A stretch of 64,000 nt of DNA, from contig CACXES010000008.1 in NCBI GenBank assembly GCA_902766745.1, positions 400-64,399 on the forward strand, given 5' to 3'. The position numbers were made by a program, and so were the translations under genes. This document shows positions 1 through 8,605 of this stretch, one piece after another. The notes beneath the pieces are model-generated. The model did not search any database, was not told the origin of the DNA, and saw only the letters and a list, made by a program, of their open reading frames with translations. Numbering within the stretch: the stretch's first letter is position 1; each line of letters begins with the position of its first letter. This DNA is from an uncultured Ruminococcus sp. Its GTDB lineage: Bacteria > Bacillota > Clostridia > Monoglobales > Monoglobaceae.

Positions 1-183
1 GTATACATCGGGCTCAACCTTATCCTTTGCGCCTACGCCGATAACGTGCTCACATACAAAGTTGAGAGCACCCTCATTCATAACTGTGAACTTAGAACCG
101 GGAACGCCGCACTGGGGACACTTTTCCGGCGGATTTTCTCCTTCATGAACATAGCCGCAAACGGGACATACATACTTTTTCAT
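1..183 (-). CDS. Reverse-type rubrerythrin; only the first 61 codons are present because the gene runs off the left edge
   Basis: ATG at 183-181 lies ~8 nt downstream of a GGAGGT RBS. My translation is MKKYVCPVCGYVHEGENPPEKCPQCGVPGSKFTVMNEG... This is a rubredoxin-like CxxC...CxxC finger at the N-terminus, as in reverse rubrerythrins. It sits directly downstream of a Fur/PerR-like gene. Confidence 0.75.
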   Translation of the reverse strand, partial: MKKYVCPVCGYVHEGENPPEKCPQCGVPGSKFTVMNEGALNFVCEHVIGVGAKDKVEPDVY

Positions 184-217
184 AATAAATTACCTCCAAA
201 TTTTGTGTTTGTATATA

Positions 218-235
218 AATAATTAATTAATTATT
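218..235. promoter_or_regulatory. Perfect 18-bp AT palindrome AATAATTAATTAATTATT; candidate Fur/PerR-family operator in front of the rubrerythrin gene
   Basis: The sequence equals its own reverse complement. It lies between the regulator stop (259) and the rubrerythrin start (183). It resembles the AT-rich 7-1-7 Fur/PerR boxes only loosely. Confidence 0.3.
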
Positions 236-258
236 TTTTTCTGTGTCGAATTGCTCCG

Positions 259-660
259 TCAGCCGTCATCTCGGCTGCATTTTTCGCAGAGCCCCCAAAA
301 TGTAATGCTGTGACCGGATATTTTTCCGTCATAGACCTTTTCCGCCTCCTTGTCGAGAGCATCGGAACAGTCGATAAACACATCCGAAACCGAGCCGCAT
401 CGGCGGCAAAGCACGTGACAATGCGGACTTGTACACGCATCGTATCTCTCCGATGTATCATCGGAAAAAATCTTTATTACCGCGCCTTCTTCGGTAAGCT
501 TTGCAAGATTACGGTATACCGTGCCTAAACTGACGTTCGGTATCTCCTCGCGCACTCTGTGATATATATAGCTTGCGGTAGGATGAGTGTCCGTTTCGCC
601 AAGAACACGCAAAATACACTCTCGCTGCTTACTGTATCTTGTTGCATTTTGGTTTTTCAT
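259..660 (-). CDS. Fur-family metalloregulator, PerR-like by context
   Basis: Track ORF 259..684; the likely start is MKNQNATRYSKQRECILRVL at 660. It has a winged-helix N-terminus (HPTASYIYHRV...GTVYRNL) and two CxxC pairs (CRRCGSV...CEKC). It is co-directional with rubrerythrin. Confidence 0.85.
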   Translation of the reverse strand: MKNQNATRYSKQRECILRVLGETDTHPTASYIYHRVREEIPNVSLGTVYRNLAKLTEEGAVIKIFSDDTSERYDACTSPHCHVLCRRCGSVSDVFIDCSDALDKEAEKVYDGKISGHSITFWGLCEKCSRDDG

Positions 661-681
661 AAAAACACCCTTAAACAATAA

Positions 682-696
682 CAATAATCATTACTA
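682..696. promoter_or_regulatory. Candidate Fur/PerR box CAATAATCATTACTA upstream of the regulator gene
   Basis: An imperfect 7-1-7 inverted repeat (ATAAT-C-ATTAC core) lies 22 nt upstream of the start codon. Confidence 0.25.
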
Positions 697-1160
697 TTAA
701 AGTATAACATAGATTTGTGATTTGTCAAGAGGTGAAATATTAATAATTATTTAATAAAATATTAACAAAATATGAATAATCCTATTTTGAGGTAATTTTA
801 AAGAAACAGAGGCAGAATTTGATGGAACATGAAAAATCTATCCGTGACAAAGCGGGAGCCGACAAATTGCCGACCCCCGTAATACGTTCGTGTTTTAATT
901 TGTTTTATTCTCTGCTTGACATATGTACCTGTCATGCCTGAAATGCAAGCATATCAAAGTGCCTGCAAAGCCCATCAGCACAAACAGCAGGGCGGCTCCG
1001 TCGCCTTTGTCCGCCTTAAAATCGGTTGAGAGCTTTATGCTATGCCTGTCCTTGGTGTTTTTGCCGCTCCATGCGTATCCGTCCGATCAGATATCGCATG
1101 GAGCTCCTGCAATGCGGAGTATCATGAATTTTCCCCTTAAGTGAGCTTATTTCATTATGT

Positions 1161-1802
1161 TTATTCGATGACTGTTGCTTCTTTGATTACAATCGGCGTC
1201 TCGGGCATGCCGCTTTTATCGCGCTTAACATCAAGAAATCCGTCAACAACCTCCATGCCCTCGATAACTTCGCCGAAGGCAGCGTAGCTTCCGTCGAGAT
1301 TTGTTAAGGTGTCATAGCAAATAAAGAATTGGCTGGATGCTGAGTCCGGAGCCTGGCTCCTTGCCATTGATACGACGCCTCTTGTGTGCGAAAGTGTGTT
1401 TTGCTCAAAGCCGTTTTGAGCAAATTCGCCCTTGATTTTATCCTTGCTGCCGCCGGTTCCGTTGCCGTTCGGGTCGCCGCCCTGAGCCACAAAGCCGTCA
1501 AGCACACGGTGGAAGGTCAGACCGTTGTAAAAGCCTTCGCCTACAAGCTTTACAAAGTTTTTGCAGGTTTCGGGCGCATACTGTGGTTCGGTTTGGATAA
1601 TAAATTCTCCGCCGTTTTCCATGGTGAATTTTATCTTGTGGCTCGGCTCATCCGTTTTGGGGGTGGATTCGGCGGCTTGATTTTGCTCGGCGGCGTTGTT
1701 CGCTGCGGTTTTATCGTCTTTGGCGGGAGTGCTTCCGCAGCCGCCGAGTACAGACATACATAAAATCGCAGTCAGTGTGAAAAATCCTAATTTCTTAATC
1801 AT
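1161..1802 (-). CDS. Cyclophilin-type peptidyl-prolyl cis-trans isomerase, lipoprotein
   Basis: Signal peptide plus lipobox ([10 protein letters not shown]). Cyclophilin motifs [15 protein letters not shown] and SQFFICY are present. Confidence 0.9.
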   Translation of the reverse strand: MIKKLGFFTLTAILCMSVLGGCGSTPAKDDKTAANNAAEQNQAAESTPKTDEPSHKIKFTMENGGEFIIQTEPQYAPETCKNFVKLVGEGFYNGLTFHRVLDGFVAQGGDPNGNGTGGSKDKIKGEFAQNGFEQNTLSHTRGVVSMARSQAPDSASSQFFICYDTLTNLDGSYAAFGEVIEGMEVVDGFLDVKRDKSGMPETPIVIKEATVIE

Positions 1803-2132
1803 TTGATCATTACCTCTTTCTATAATTACTTTGATTACAGTATATTATAAATTATCTGTAATATTCGTCAATAGCATACGTTCTAAAACCCTTTTTGCAC
1901 AGTAAATAATTGTATGTGCTTATATGCCTTAAATATTTTAAGCATGGATTCAAGCTCTGTGGCTTTTTTGACGTTTTCGTACTATTCGTGACAGGATTTG
2001 AATCCTGAGCCGATAGCTGTTGTTTTTGCTTGTCATTAGATCACTCCATATAGAATTTTATCTGTAAGTTATTATATATTTCGGATAGATAATTGTCAAT
2101 AAGTTTTAGAAAATTTACAAAATAAAAGCAGA

Positions 2133-2165
2133 GGTACAGAAGCGATGTATAATCGGTTCTGTACC
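2133..2165 (-). terminator. Putative intrinsic terminator downstream of the FAD oxidoreductase gene
   Basis: 9-bp arms GGTACAGAA/TTCTGTACC. On the minus strand they are followed by TCTGCTTTTATTTT. Confidence 0.45.
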
Positions 2166-2238
2166 CCGTGACAGACTCAAATATTCAGGTTTTCTACGCC
2201 GTATGTTCAGGGAATTTGCGTGACGGTCACAAAATCTA

Positions 2239-3600
2239 TCAGCCGAGATATGCTCCGTTTTCCTTAAGCCGCGACCGGAGCTTTTCTATGGAAATATCCC
2301 TGAGTGCGGTGCTGTCCTTTGCGGCTATTGCACAGGCGGTACCCACAGCCTCGCCCATTGCAAAGCACGGCGGCATTACGCGTATTGCCGCAAGAGCGGC
2401 ACGATCCGCGGAAACGCAGCGACCTGCGGCCGCCAGGTTGTCAAATTCCTTGGCAAGCAGACAGCGGTAGGGAACGGAATAATTCTTTTCGCAGTCAATT
2501 GTGCTGTACGCAACACCGCTCTTTTGATGCATATCTACCGAGTTGGAGCAAAGGAGGATTGCATCATCGAAAATTACCGAATTTTTAAGGTCATCGATTG
2601 TCAGGGTGTATTCTCCGACAATGCGCCTTCCCTCGCGGATTCCGATGGAGCTTGCCGTCTCCAACAGCCTGATATTTTTCAGGGCGGGAATCGTTCTGCG
2701 CAGAAAGTCTATGATTATTCCGACCTGCTGCCGCTGCTCCGCGGCGGCAGCGGCGGTTTCAAACGGGTCAAGGCTGTTGAAGGCATTATCCGTCTGAGCC
2801 ATGTTCACATGCCAGGTGCCGTTCGGGGCTTCAAAAATGCGAAGCTTTTTTGTGCCGCAGGGGAAGCTTCCGTCAGCAAAGCCCTTTTCAATCTCGTCCA
2901 TAAAAAACCGTTTCCGCATTTCGGGGTTATCTTCCATGTAGGCGTCCAAAAGCTTCTTGTCCACGCCGTCTATGGTAAATATCATCGATGCCGGCTGAAC
3001 CGAGCCGTCCTTGCCGCCGAACACCGTTTCACATCCGGCGAGATGGCAGAGCATCGCGTTACCGCCGCAGTCGATGAAATACCTTGCGGATATCTCAAAT
3101 ACACCGCTGTCCGTTGCGAAAAACGCCGATTTTACCTGCCTTTCCGCCGTTTCGCAGGCAATTAAAACCGAGTTGTACATAAGCTGTACCCCAGACTCAA
3201 GACACATTTCCTCGGCCGTTTTTTTCAGACCCTCACAGCTGTACGGCGCAACGCCCTTGTGTCCCTTTATCCTGTACGCGCTGTAGCTGTTTCCGACCTT
3301 ACATTTTTCGGGTGAAACCGCTGAGCCTTCGGAAATCAGCCTGTCCAGAAGCTCGCCGTAAAAGCCTTTTATAATCTGATCCTCGCCCTTTGCGTCGCAG
3401 CAGGTCATAAAGGTTCCGATAAGTCCGGCCGTTGCTGTGCCGCCGAGGAAGCAATTTTTTTCCGCCAGTATAACGCTCATGCCGTAGCGAGCCGCACAGA
3501 CAGCGGCGGCAATGCCGCTTACTCCGCCGCCGACCACAAGCACGTCACAGCTTCGGCGATCTCGGATATTGAGTTTAATTTCGTTCATAACAGAATACAC
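2239..3600 (-). CDS. FAD-dependent oxidoreductase (GIDA/FAD_oxidored-like)
   Basis: N-terminal dinucleotide fold DVLVVGGGVSGIAAAVCAARYG...LAEK...GG; 453 aa with no signal peptide. Confidence 0.8.
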   Translation of the reverse strand: MYSVMNEIKLNIRDRRSCDVLVVGGGVSGIAAAVCAARYGMSVILAEKNCFLGGTATAGLIGTFMTCCDAKGEDQIIKGFYGELLDRLISEGSAVSPEKCKVGNSYSAYRIKGHKGVAPYSCEGLKKTAEEMCLESGVQLMYNSVLIACETAERQVKSAFFATDSGVFEISARYFIDCGGNAMLCHLAGCETVFGGKDGSVQPASMIFTIDGVDKKLLDAYMEDNPEMRKRFFMDEIEKGFADGSFPCGTKKLRIFEAPNGTWHVNMAQTDNAFNSLDPFETAAAAAEQRQQVGIIIDFLRRTIPALKNIRLLETASSIGIREGRRIVGEYTLTIDDLKNSVIFDDAILLCSNSVDMHQKSGVAYSTIDCEKNYSVPYRCLLAKEFDNLAAAGRCVSADRAALAAIRVMPPCFAMGEAVGTACAIAAKDSTALRDISIEKLRSRLKENGAYLG

Positions 3601-3685
3601 CGTCCTTTGTATTTATAATATCATACGAAAAGACGGTGTACAATTCAAAATCTTAATAAATTATTTATAATATCTTACAGATATG

Positions 3686-4453
3686 CTATATATACATTCT
3701 GCGGTAGGCGGAGGGAGATACGCCGTACTTTTTCTTAAAGCTTGTGCTGAAATAATAGACACTTGAAAAGCCGCATTTCTCCGCAATGAACTCAAGGGTG
3801 TAGGACGAGCCGAGCAGAAGCTCCTCTGCGCGCTTCAGCCGCAGAGAAATCAGATAGCCGATAGGGGGCATACCAAAGGCAGAGTTGAATTTTGTGTTAA
3901 GAGTTGTTGAGTTACAGCCGGCAGCAGCGCATATATCGGCAAGGGTTATGCGCCTGTCATAGCTTTTGCTTATAAATTCGGCGGCAGCAGCTGTTACGCG
4001 GTCGCTTATGCTTGCTTCTTGGGCAGACAGGCTTTGCTCCAGTAAGACCTGATACAGTATGTCCTCCATAATATGGGTTTTAAAATACAAGGCATATTTC
4101 GGGTCGGAATCGGGAATTCTCTCGTACAGCTCTAAATCCGAATATATACGGGTCTTATCCTTTATATCCATCTTCCCGTATGGAATGACCGGCTTGAAGG
4201 GACACTTGTCGTTGAGCCTAAATTTTATATAAAAGAATTCGGTATGGGATAGGATTCTGCGCTTAAAACGGACATAGTCGGGGAGTATTACCACATCACC
4301 GGCTTTGATCAGCGACGCTACACCGTTTATGTCTATTTCAAACGAACCCTTTTTAAGTACGAAGATAGCATTTGTCGGCTGATAGCCTTCGTTCATTTGA
4401 AATTTGTCCCTGACCGTTATCTTTGAATCTATCAGAATAAATGGCTGCTGCAT
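3686..4453 (-). CDS. AraC-family transcriptional regulator (cupin N-terminus, HTH C-terminus)
   Basis: C-terminal AraC signature ...ITLADICAAAGCNSTTL...GFSSVYYFSTSFKKKYGVSPSAYR. Confidence 0.85.
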   Translation of the reverse strand: MQQPFILIDSKITVRDKFQMNEGYQPTNAIFVLKKGSFEIDINGVASLIKAGDVVILPDYVRFKRRILSHTEFFYIKFRLNDKCPFKPVIPYGKMDIKDKTRIYSDLELYERIPDSDPKYALYFKTHIMEDILYQVLLEQSLSAQEASISDRVTAAAAEFISKSYDRRITLADICAAAGCNSTTLNTKFNSAFGMPPIGYLISLRLKRAEELLLGSSYTLEFIAEKCGFSSVYYFSTSFKKKYGVSPSAYRRMYI

Positions 4454-4500
4454 AAAAGAACCTCCTTAATAAAAATATTAAGCAAAAGCTGCGGAATATG

Positions 4501-5403
4501 TCAAATACACTTTTGTATCAGATATTTTCCCGTTTCGGCAAGCAGTGCAAATGCCTTTTCCATAAGTCTTGGTTTGTCGATATACGGGGCGAGAAGCCGT
4601 CCGCCGACCTCATAGGTGAAGTCTCCGCTGTAGCCGATCTCGCAGAGAGCGGAGCAGATTGCGTCCCAGTTGAGACTCCCCTGATAGGGAATGGTGTGAA
4701 GATCCGAAATTCTGTCGTTATCGTGAATGTGCAGGGCGTGCAGTCTGTCCCCGAGAATTTTTATTGCGTCAGCTGCCGCCTCACCGACAAGCTCCGAGTG
4801 CCCCACGTCCAGGCATACGGTGAAATATTTCGGGTCTAAGGCGTCATAATACTGCGCCAAATCCTCTGCCGTGCTGCAAACGTTTTTAACAATCCTGCCG
4901 CTCTCCGCGGAATATCCCCACATATTTTCAAGAGCCGCCTTTACTCCATATTCCTCACAGAAGGGCTTTAAGCTGTTGTAGAAGCTGAGATTGAATTCAA
5001 ACTGATTTACGGATGGCTCCGTGGTACAGTCAATGGGATGAATGACGATTGCCTCCGCACCCACAAGCCCTGCCGCTTTTATGGCTGAGTGAAGAGCGTG
5101 TGTTACTTTCCGGTTATATGTCTCGGCGTCGGCTTCGCGGCCGCTGAACTTGAAGCACGGGAAAGGGGCGTGAGCCTGGTTAAAGCATATGCCGGCACTC
5201 GCTGCTGTGTCTTTGAGCATACGGCAGGTGTCCTCAAGGCGTGAATCCGAAAAATCGTCAGTATAGATAATCTCGGTCAGGTTCAAATCCAGTGCGTCAA
5301 ATCCGACTTTTGCCGCAATCTTGATTCCGTTTTCATAGCCGAAGGCTGAAAACAGCGCGCTTGAGGTAGTAGACAGTTTCATATTATTTTCGTTCTTGTT
5401 CAT
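4501..5403 (-). CDS. Sugar phosphate isomerase/epimerase (xylose-isomerase-like TIM barrel, AP-endonuclease-2 fold)
   Basis: 300 aa with family-typical stretches GFDALDL, IVIHP, ALENM, VCLDVGH and HIHDN. Confidence 0.8.
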   Translation of the reverse strand: MNKNENNMKLSTTSSALFSAFGYENGIKIAAKVGFDALDLNLTEIIYTDDFSDSRLEDTCRMLKDTAASAGICFNQAHAPFPCFKFSGREADAETYNRKVTHALHSAIKAAGLVGAEAIVIHPIDCTTEPSVNQFEFNLSFYNSLKPFCEEYGVKAALENMWGYSAESGRIVKNVCSTAEDLAQYYDALDPKYFTVCLDVGHSELVGEAAADAIKILGDRLHALHIHDNDRISDLHTIPYQGSLNWDAICSALCEIGYSGDFTYEVGGRLLAPYIDKPRLMEKAFALLAETGKYLIQKCI

Positions 5404-5626
5404 GGTGTTAATCTCCTTAAAATACTCCGCCGTATTCTCGGACGGAGGTCTGATTTTCCTGATTTCAATATATCACAAAGCTCTGTGGTGTGCAAGTGTA
5501 AAAATTCGCTATGCGCCGATTTTACGGGGTTTGTTCCTTAAATTCAATGTGTGTTCCCATTTTTCGTATTGTTTGAAAATCCCGGAGATGATAAAATAAG
5601 AGTAAAGATTTTATGTTTTTGGGAGA

Positions 5627-6502
5627 GTGAATACAGTGGAAAAATATTCTGTTGAAAATCATGCGGACAGTTTTTTGCCCGAGGGAAAAAGCTGGAGCCT
5701 TGTATGGAGCGACGAGTTTGACGGAGACAAGCTTGACGAGACAAAGTGGAATTTCAGGACTTATTTCTGGGGAAGAAAGTCACCTACGTTCACCGATGAG
5801 GGTGTTGTGCTTGACGGTGACAGCAATTTACATATACAGCTTATAGAAAAGGACGGAGATTTTTATTCCGCTCATCTGCAGACGGGGTCGCTTACATATG
5901 ATATGCCAAAGGATTCCGACGGGTTTTGGCCTGTGGGAAAGTTTCAGCCGGCAAAGTTTATGCATCGCTTCGGATATTACGAAATAAGATGCAGGCTTCC
6001 GAAAAACCCCGGTTGGCATGCAGCGTTCTGGCTTCAGGCGCCCGGTATCGGCGGACATCCCGATGCGAGATACTGCGGAGTTGAAACGGATATAATGGAG
6101 AATTACCGCCAGCACACCGAGGGACTGATGCTGTGCGGAAACGGCTTCGGCGGCTACGGGAAAGACGCGGTATGGCCGGGACACTTCAGATTCCCATTTG
6201 AGGAGACGGAGGACGGCTGGCACTACTACGGCGTGGACTGGAGCCGCGACGGCTACACCTTCTATGCGGATGGGAAAAGGATAGGCTGGCAGGGGCCGCC
6301 GAAGGTTCCCGTATCGGAGGTGGAGGAATTTATCCTGGTCAGCACGGAATGTCACGGCTATCACCGTTGCTTCGGAGACGGCTGCGGCGATGACGGTCAC
6401 GGCGGAGTTTGGGCGTGCAGGCCTGTCGAGGCTTTGAAAAATGCGGTTTTGCCCGATGAATTTGTGGTTGACCATGTGCGTGTCTTTGACGAAGTGAAAT
6501 AA
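5627..6502 (+). CDS. Glycoside hydrolase family 16-like enzyme, no signal peptide
   Basis: WSDEFDG...LDETKWNF and the catalytic ExDxxE motif (GVETDIMEN) are present. The track start at 5627 is GTG. A GTG at 5636 is better spaced from GGGAGAG, so the start is uncertain by 3 codons. Confidence 0.85.
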   Translation: MNTVEKYSVENHADSFLPEGKSWSLVWSDEFDGDKLDETKWNFRTYFWGRKSPTFTDEGVVLDGDSNLHIQLIEKDGDFYSAHLQTGSLTYDMPKDSDGFWPVGKFQPAKFMHRFGYYEIRCRLPKNPGWHAAFWLQAPGIGGHPDARYCGVETDIMENYRQHTEGLMLCGNGFGGYGKDAVWPGHFRFPFEETEDGWHYYGVDWSRDGYTFYADGKRIGWQGPPKVPVSEVEEFILVSTECHGYHRCFGDGCGDDGHGGVWACRPVEALKNAVLPDEFVVDHVRVFDEVK

Positions 6503-6553
6503 TATATAAATATATGAAGATAAGCATAAAAAATTTATGAGAGGGGTGCAGAA

Positions 6554-8491
6554 ATGAAGAGAATAAGGAAATTTGCCGCGCTGTGTGCCACAATGCTTCT
6601 TGCGTCAACAACGGTGTGCGCCGAGGGTAGAATTGTATTTAAGGGCAGACTTCCGGCTGATGCAAAATGCCATTGGATCACTGCGGCGGCGGTTAAAACT
6701 GCGGTGGTCGGAAGCGAACCGGATTTTTCGGACATCATGTGGCTGACTCAGCAGAGAGTGGCGGATAACGGAGCATTTGAGGTGTCGGTTCCGTCATCGG
6801 TTTTGACCTCGGAGGTAACGCTTTTATCAAACTATTCCATTGACAAATACATATATGTATCAAGCGACGGAGCCTCGGACGGGACGGGAGAATACGATTC
6901 GCCGGTGAACACCTTGGGTGCTGCGCTGAAGCTGTGCGAGGGCGGCGAGACGGTTGTGCTTTTGGACATGGTTTCCGTTCCGAATAACATGACATGGACC
7001 ACAACAAAGGCGGTGAAGATAACAGGTAAAAACCCGATAAGCGGCGAAGCTGCCGGCGGACTTGACCTAACGGCGACGGTGGCGCTCAGGATAACGGCTC
7101 CGGCAGAGCTTGAAAATATGAGGTTTAAAACTCTGGCGACAACGTCAAGCACGGATAATGCAAATAAAATCTTTGCGTGCGGCAACAGGCTTGTGCTCGG
7201 CGAGGGGCTGACAATGGACAATCCGATAGATGTCCTCGGCGGTAATTCTGTAAAAAACACGGCGGAGAGTACAGATGTAACAATACTCAGCGGCAAATAC
7301 CGCAGGATATTCGGCGGCGGTGAAAATTCACCGGTTACGGGCGATACAAATGTGTACGTCGGCGGAAATATAAATTCAGGGTATTCCGCAAATGATGACG
7401 AGTCAAATTACTATGACAGCAGAATATTCGGCGGCGGAAAGAACGCCGGTGCGGATGTCGGCGGAAGTACCCATATAACGGTTGCGGACGGAACTCTTGC
7501 ATACATAGTGGGCGGCGGAAGCGCTTCTGCGGTCGGCGGCGATACGAATATTGAACTTTCGGGCGGCAGGGTTATGAACGTCTACGGAGGAACAGTGGAT
7601 AAAAAGACGGTGCACAGCGGAAATTCCTATATCAAGATGACCGGCGGCACGGCGGAATCCCTGTTCGGCGGCTCTATGTCGGTCGGCTTCAACGGAAATA
7701 CAAACATAAGCGTGAGCGGCGGTACGGTTTTAAGAAGAATTTACGCAGGCTGCTATAACGATTTTGACGGAAGCTGGAGTACAGATTTCCACGTCAGCGG
7801 CAGCACCGGAGTTGTAATAGGAAAAGGCTGTGAATTGATAACGGGCGGTGATCTGAGCTGGGAAAACAAGCTGAACTCGGGTATCTTCGGCGGAAGCCGC
7901 GCCGCAGGAAATTCCGAGACGGAGATTTCGACGATTATATTCACAGATGATATGTATAACACCTACGGCTCGATGATTGGCGAGCAGGGCAGTATGTATA
8001 CCCAGTCGCTTTTGTCGCATCACGATTATATTGTCAAGGGCGGCGTCGGAGGTTCAATATTCCCGGCCGGCGGAAATAAAATTGAGATCGCGCCTGATGC
8101 CGGGAAGAATGCGGTGGTGAACGGAAGGATATTTTTTGAAGATACTCTTGATTTAGATAATGCCAGTACTGAGGTTGCATTTAAAAACGGATATACACTG
8201 GCAGACGCGACGGCAGAGCTTGACGGCAGCGGTGCAAAAATCGGCGCAAGCCTAACGGTAGGCGACGAGAGTGCGCTGACCGGAAAGGAAAATCTTATTG
8301 CTGCGGTTTATAACTCGGAAAATGTGTTAATCGGCGTGAAATGGGCAGAGATTACACAGAGCGGAGATTATAGCTTTGATATTGGACTTGCCGAGACCTC
8401 CGGCGTGAAGATAAAGCTTTACGTCTGGAATACCGAGAGCCTGAAGCCTCTTGGCAGGGTATATACGCTTACACCGACGGTTCAGCCGTGA
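6554..8491 (+). CDS. Secreted right-handed beta-helix-like protein of unknown function
   Basis: Signal peptide (MLLASTTVCAEG). The opening IYVSSDGASDGTGEYDSPVNTLGAALKL is pectate-lyase-fold-like. It has iterated G(D/N)TN(I/V)x(V/L)xGG...(I/L)FGG turns and a C-terminal ~100-aa module shared with the 990-aa protein. Confidence 0.6.
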   Translation: MKRIRKFAALCATMLLASTTVCAEGRIVFKGRLPADAKCHWITAAAVKTAVVGSEPDFSDIMWLTQQRVADNGAFEVSVPSSVLTSEVTLLSNYSIDKYIYVSSDGASDGTGEYDSPVNTLGAALKLCEGGETVVLLDMVSVPNNMTWTTTKAVKITGKNPISGEAAGGLDLTATVALRITAPAELENMRFKTLATTSSTDNANKIFACGNRLVLGEGLTMDNPIDVLGGNSVKNTAESTDVTILSGKYRRIFGGGENSPVTGDTNVYVGGNINSGYSANDDESNYYDSRIFGGGKNAGADVGGSTHITVADGTLAYIVGGGSASAVGGDTNIELSGGRVMNVYGGTVDKKTVHSGNSYIKMTGGTAESLFGGSMSVGFNGNTNISVSGGTVLRRIYAGCYNDFDGSWSTDFHVSGSTGVVIGKGCELITGGDLSWENKLNSGIFGGSRAAGNSETEISTIIFTDDMYNTYGSMIGEQGSMYTQSLLSHHDYIVKGGVGGSIFPAGGNKIEIAPDAGKNAVVNGRIFFEDTLDLDNASTEVAFKNGYTLADATAELDGSGAKIGASLTVGDESALTGKENLIAAVYNSENVLIGVKWAEITQSGDYSFDIGLAETSGVKIKLYVWNTESLKPLGRVYTLTPTVQP

Positions 8492-8605
8492 AAATCCTGA
8501 TTTTATAGGTAAAGTTATTTTTTTCCGATTGACCGAAATGTATGTGAAATGATAAAATTTAAGTATAAAATTTATGCACAGAATTTATGAAAGGATGGAG
8601 TTCAG

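Noticed and set aside
905-1100. Possible gene remnant on the minus strand (...KADKGDGAALLFVLMGFAGTLICLHFRHDRY..., a hydrophobic helix plus basic tail) in the 477-nt gene-free gap
   Set aside because: The frame is interrupted by stops upstream and has no start codon. I cannot tie it to a family, so the evidence is too weak to call a pseudogene.
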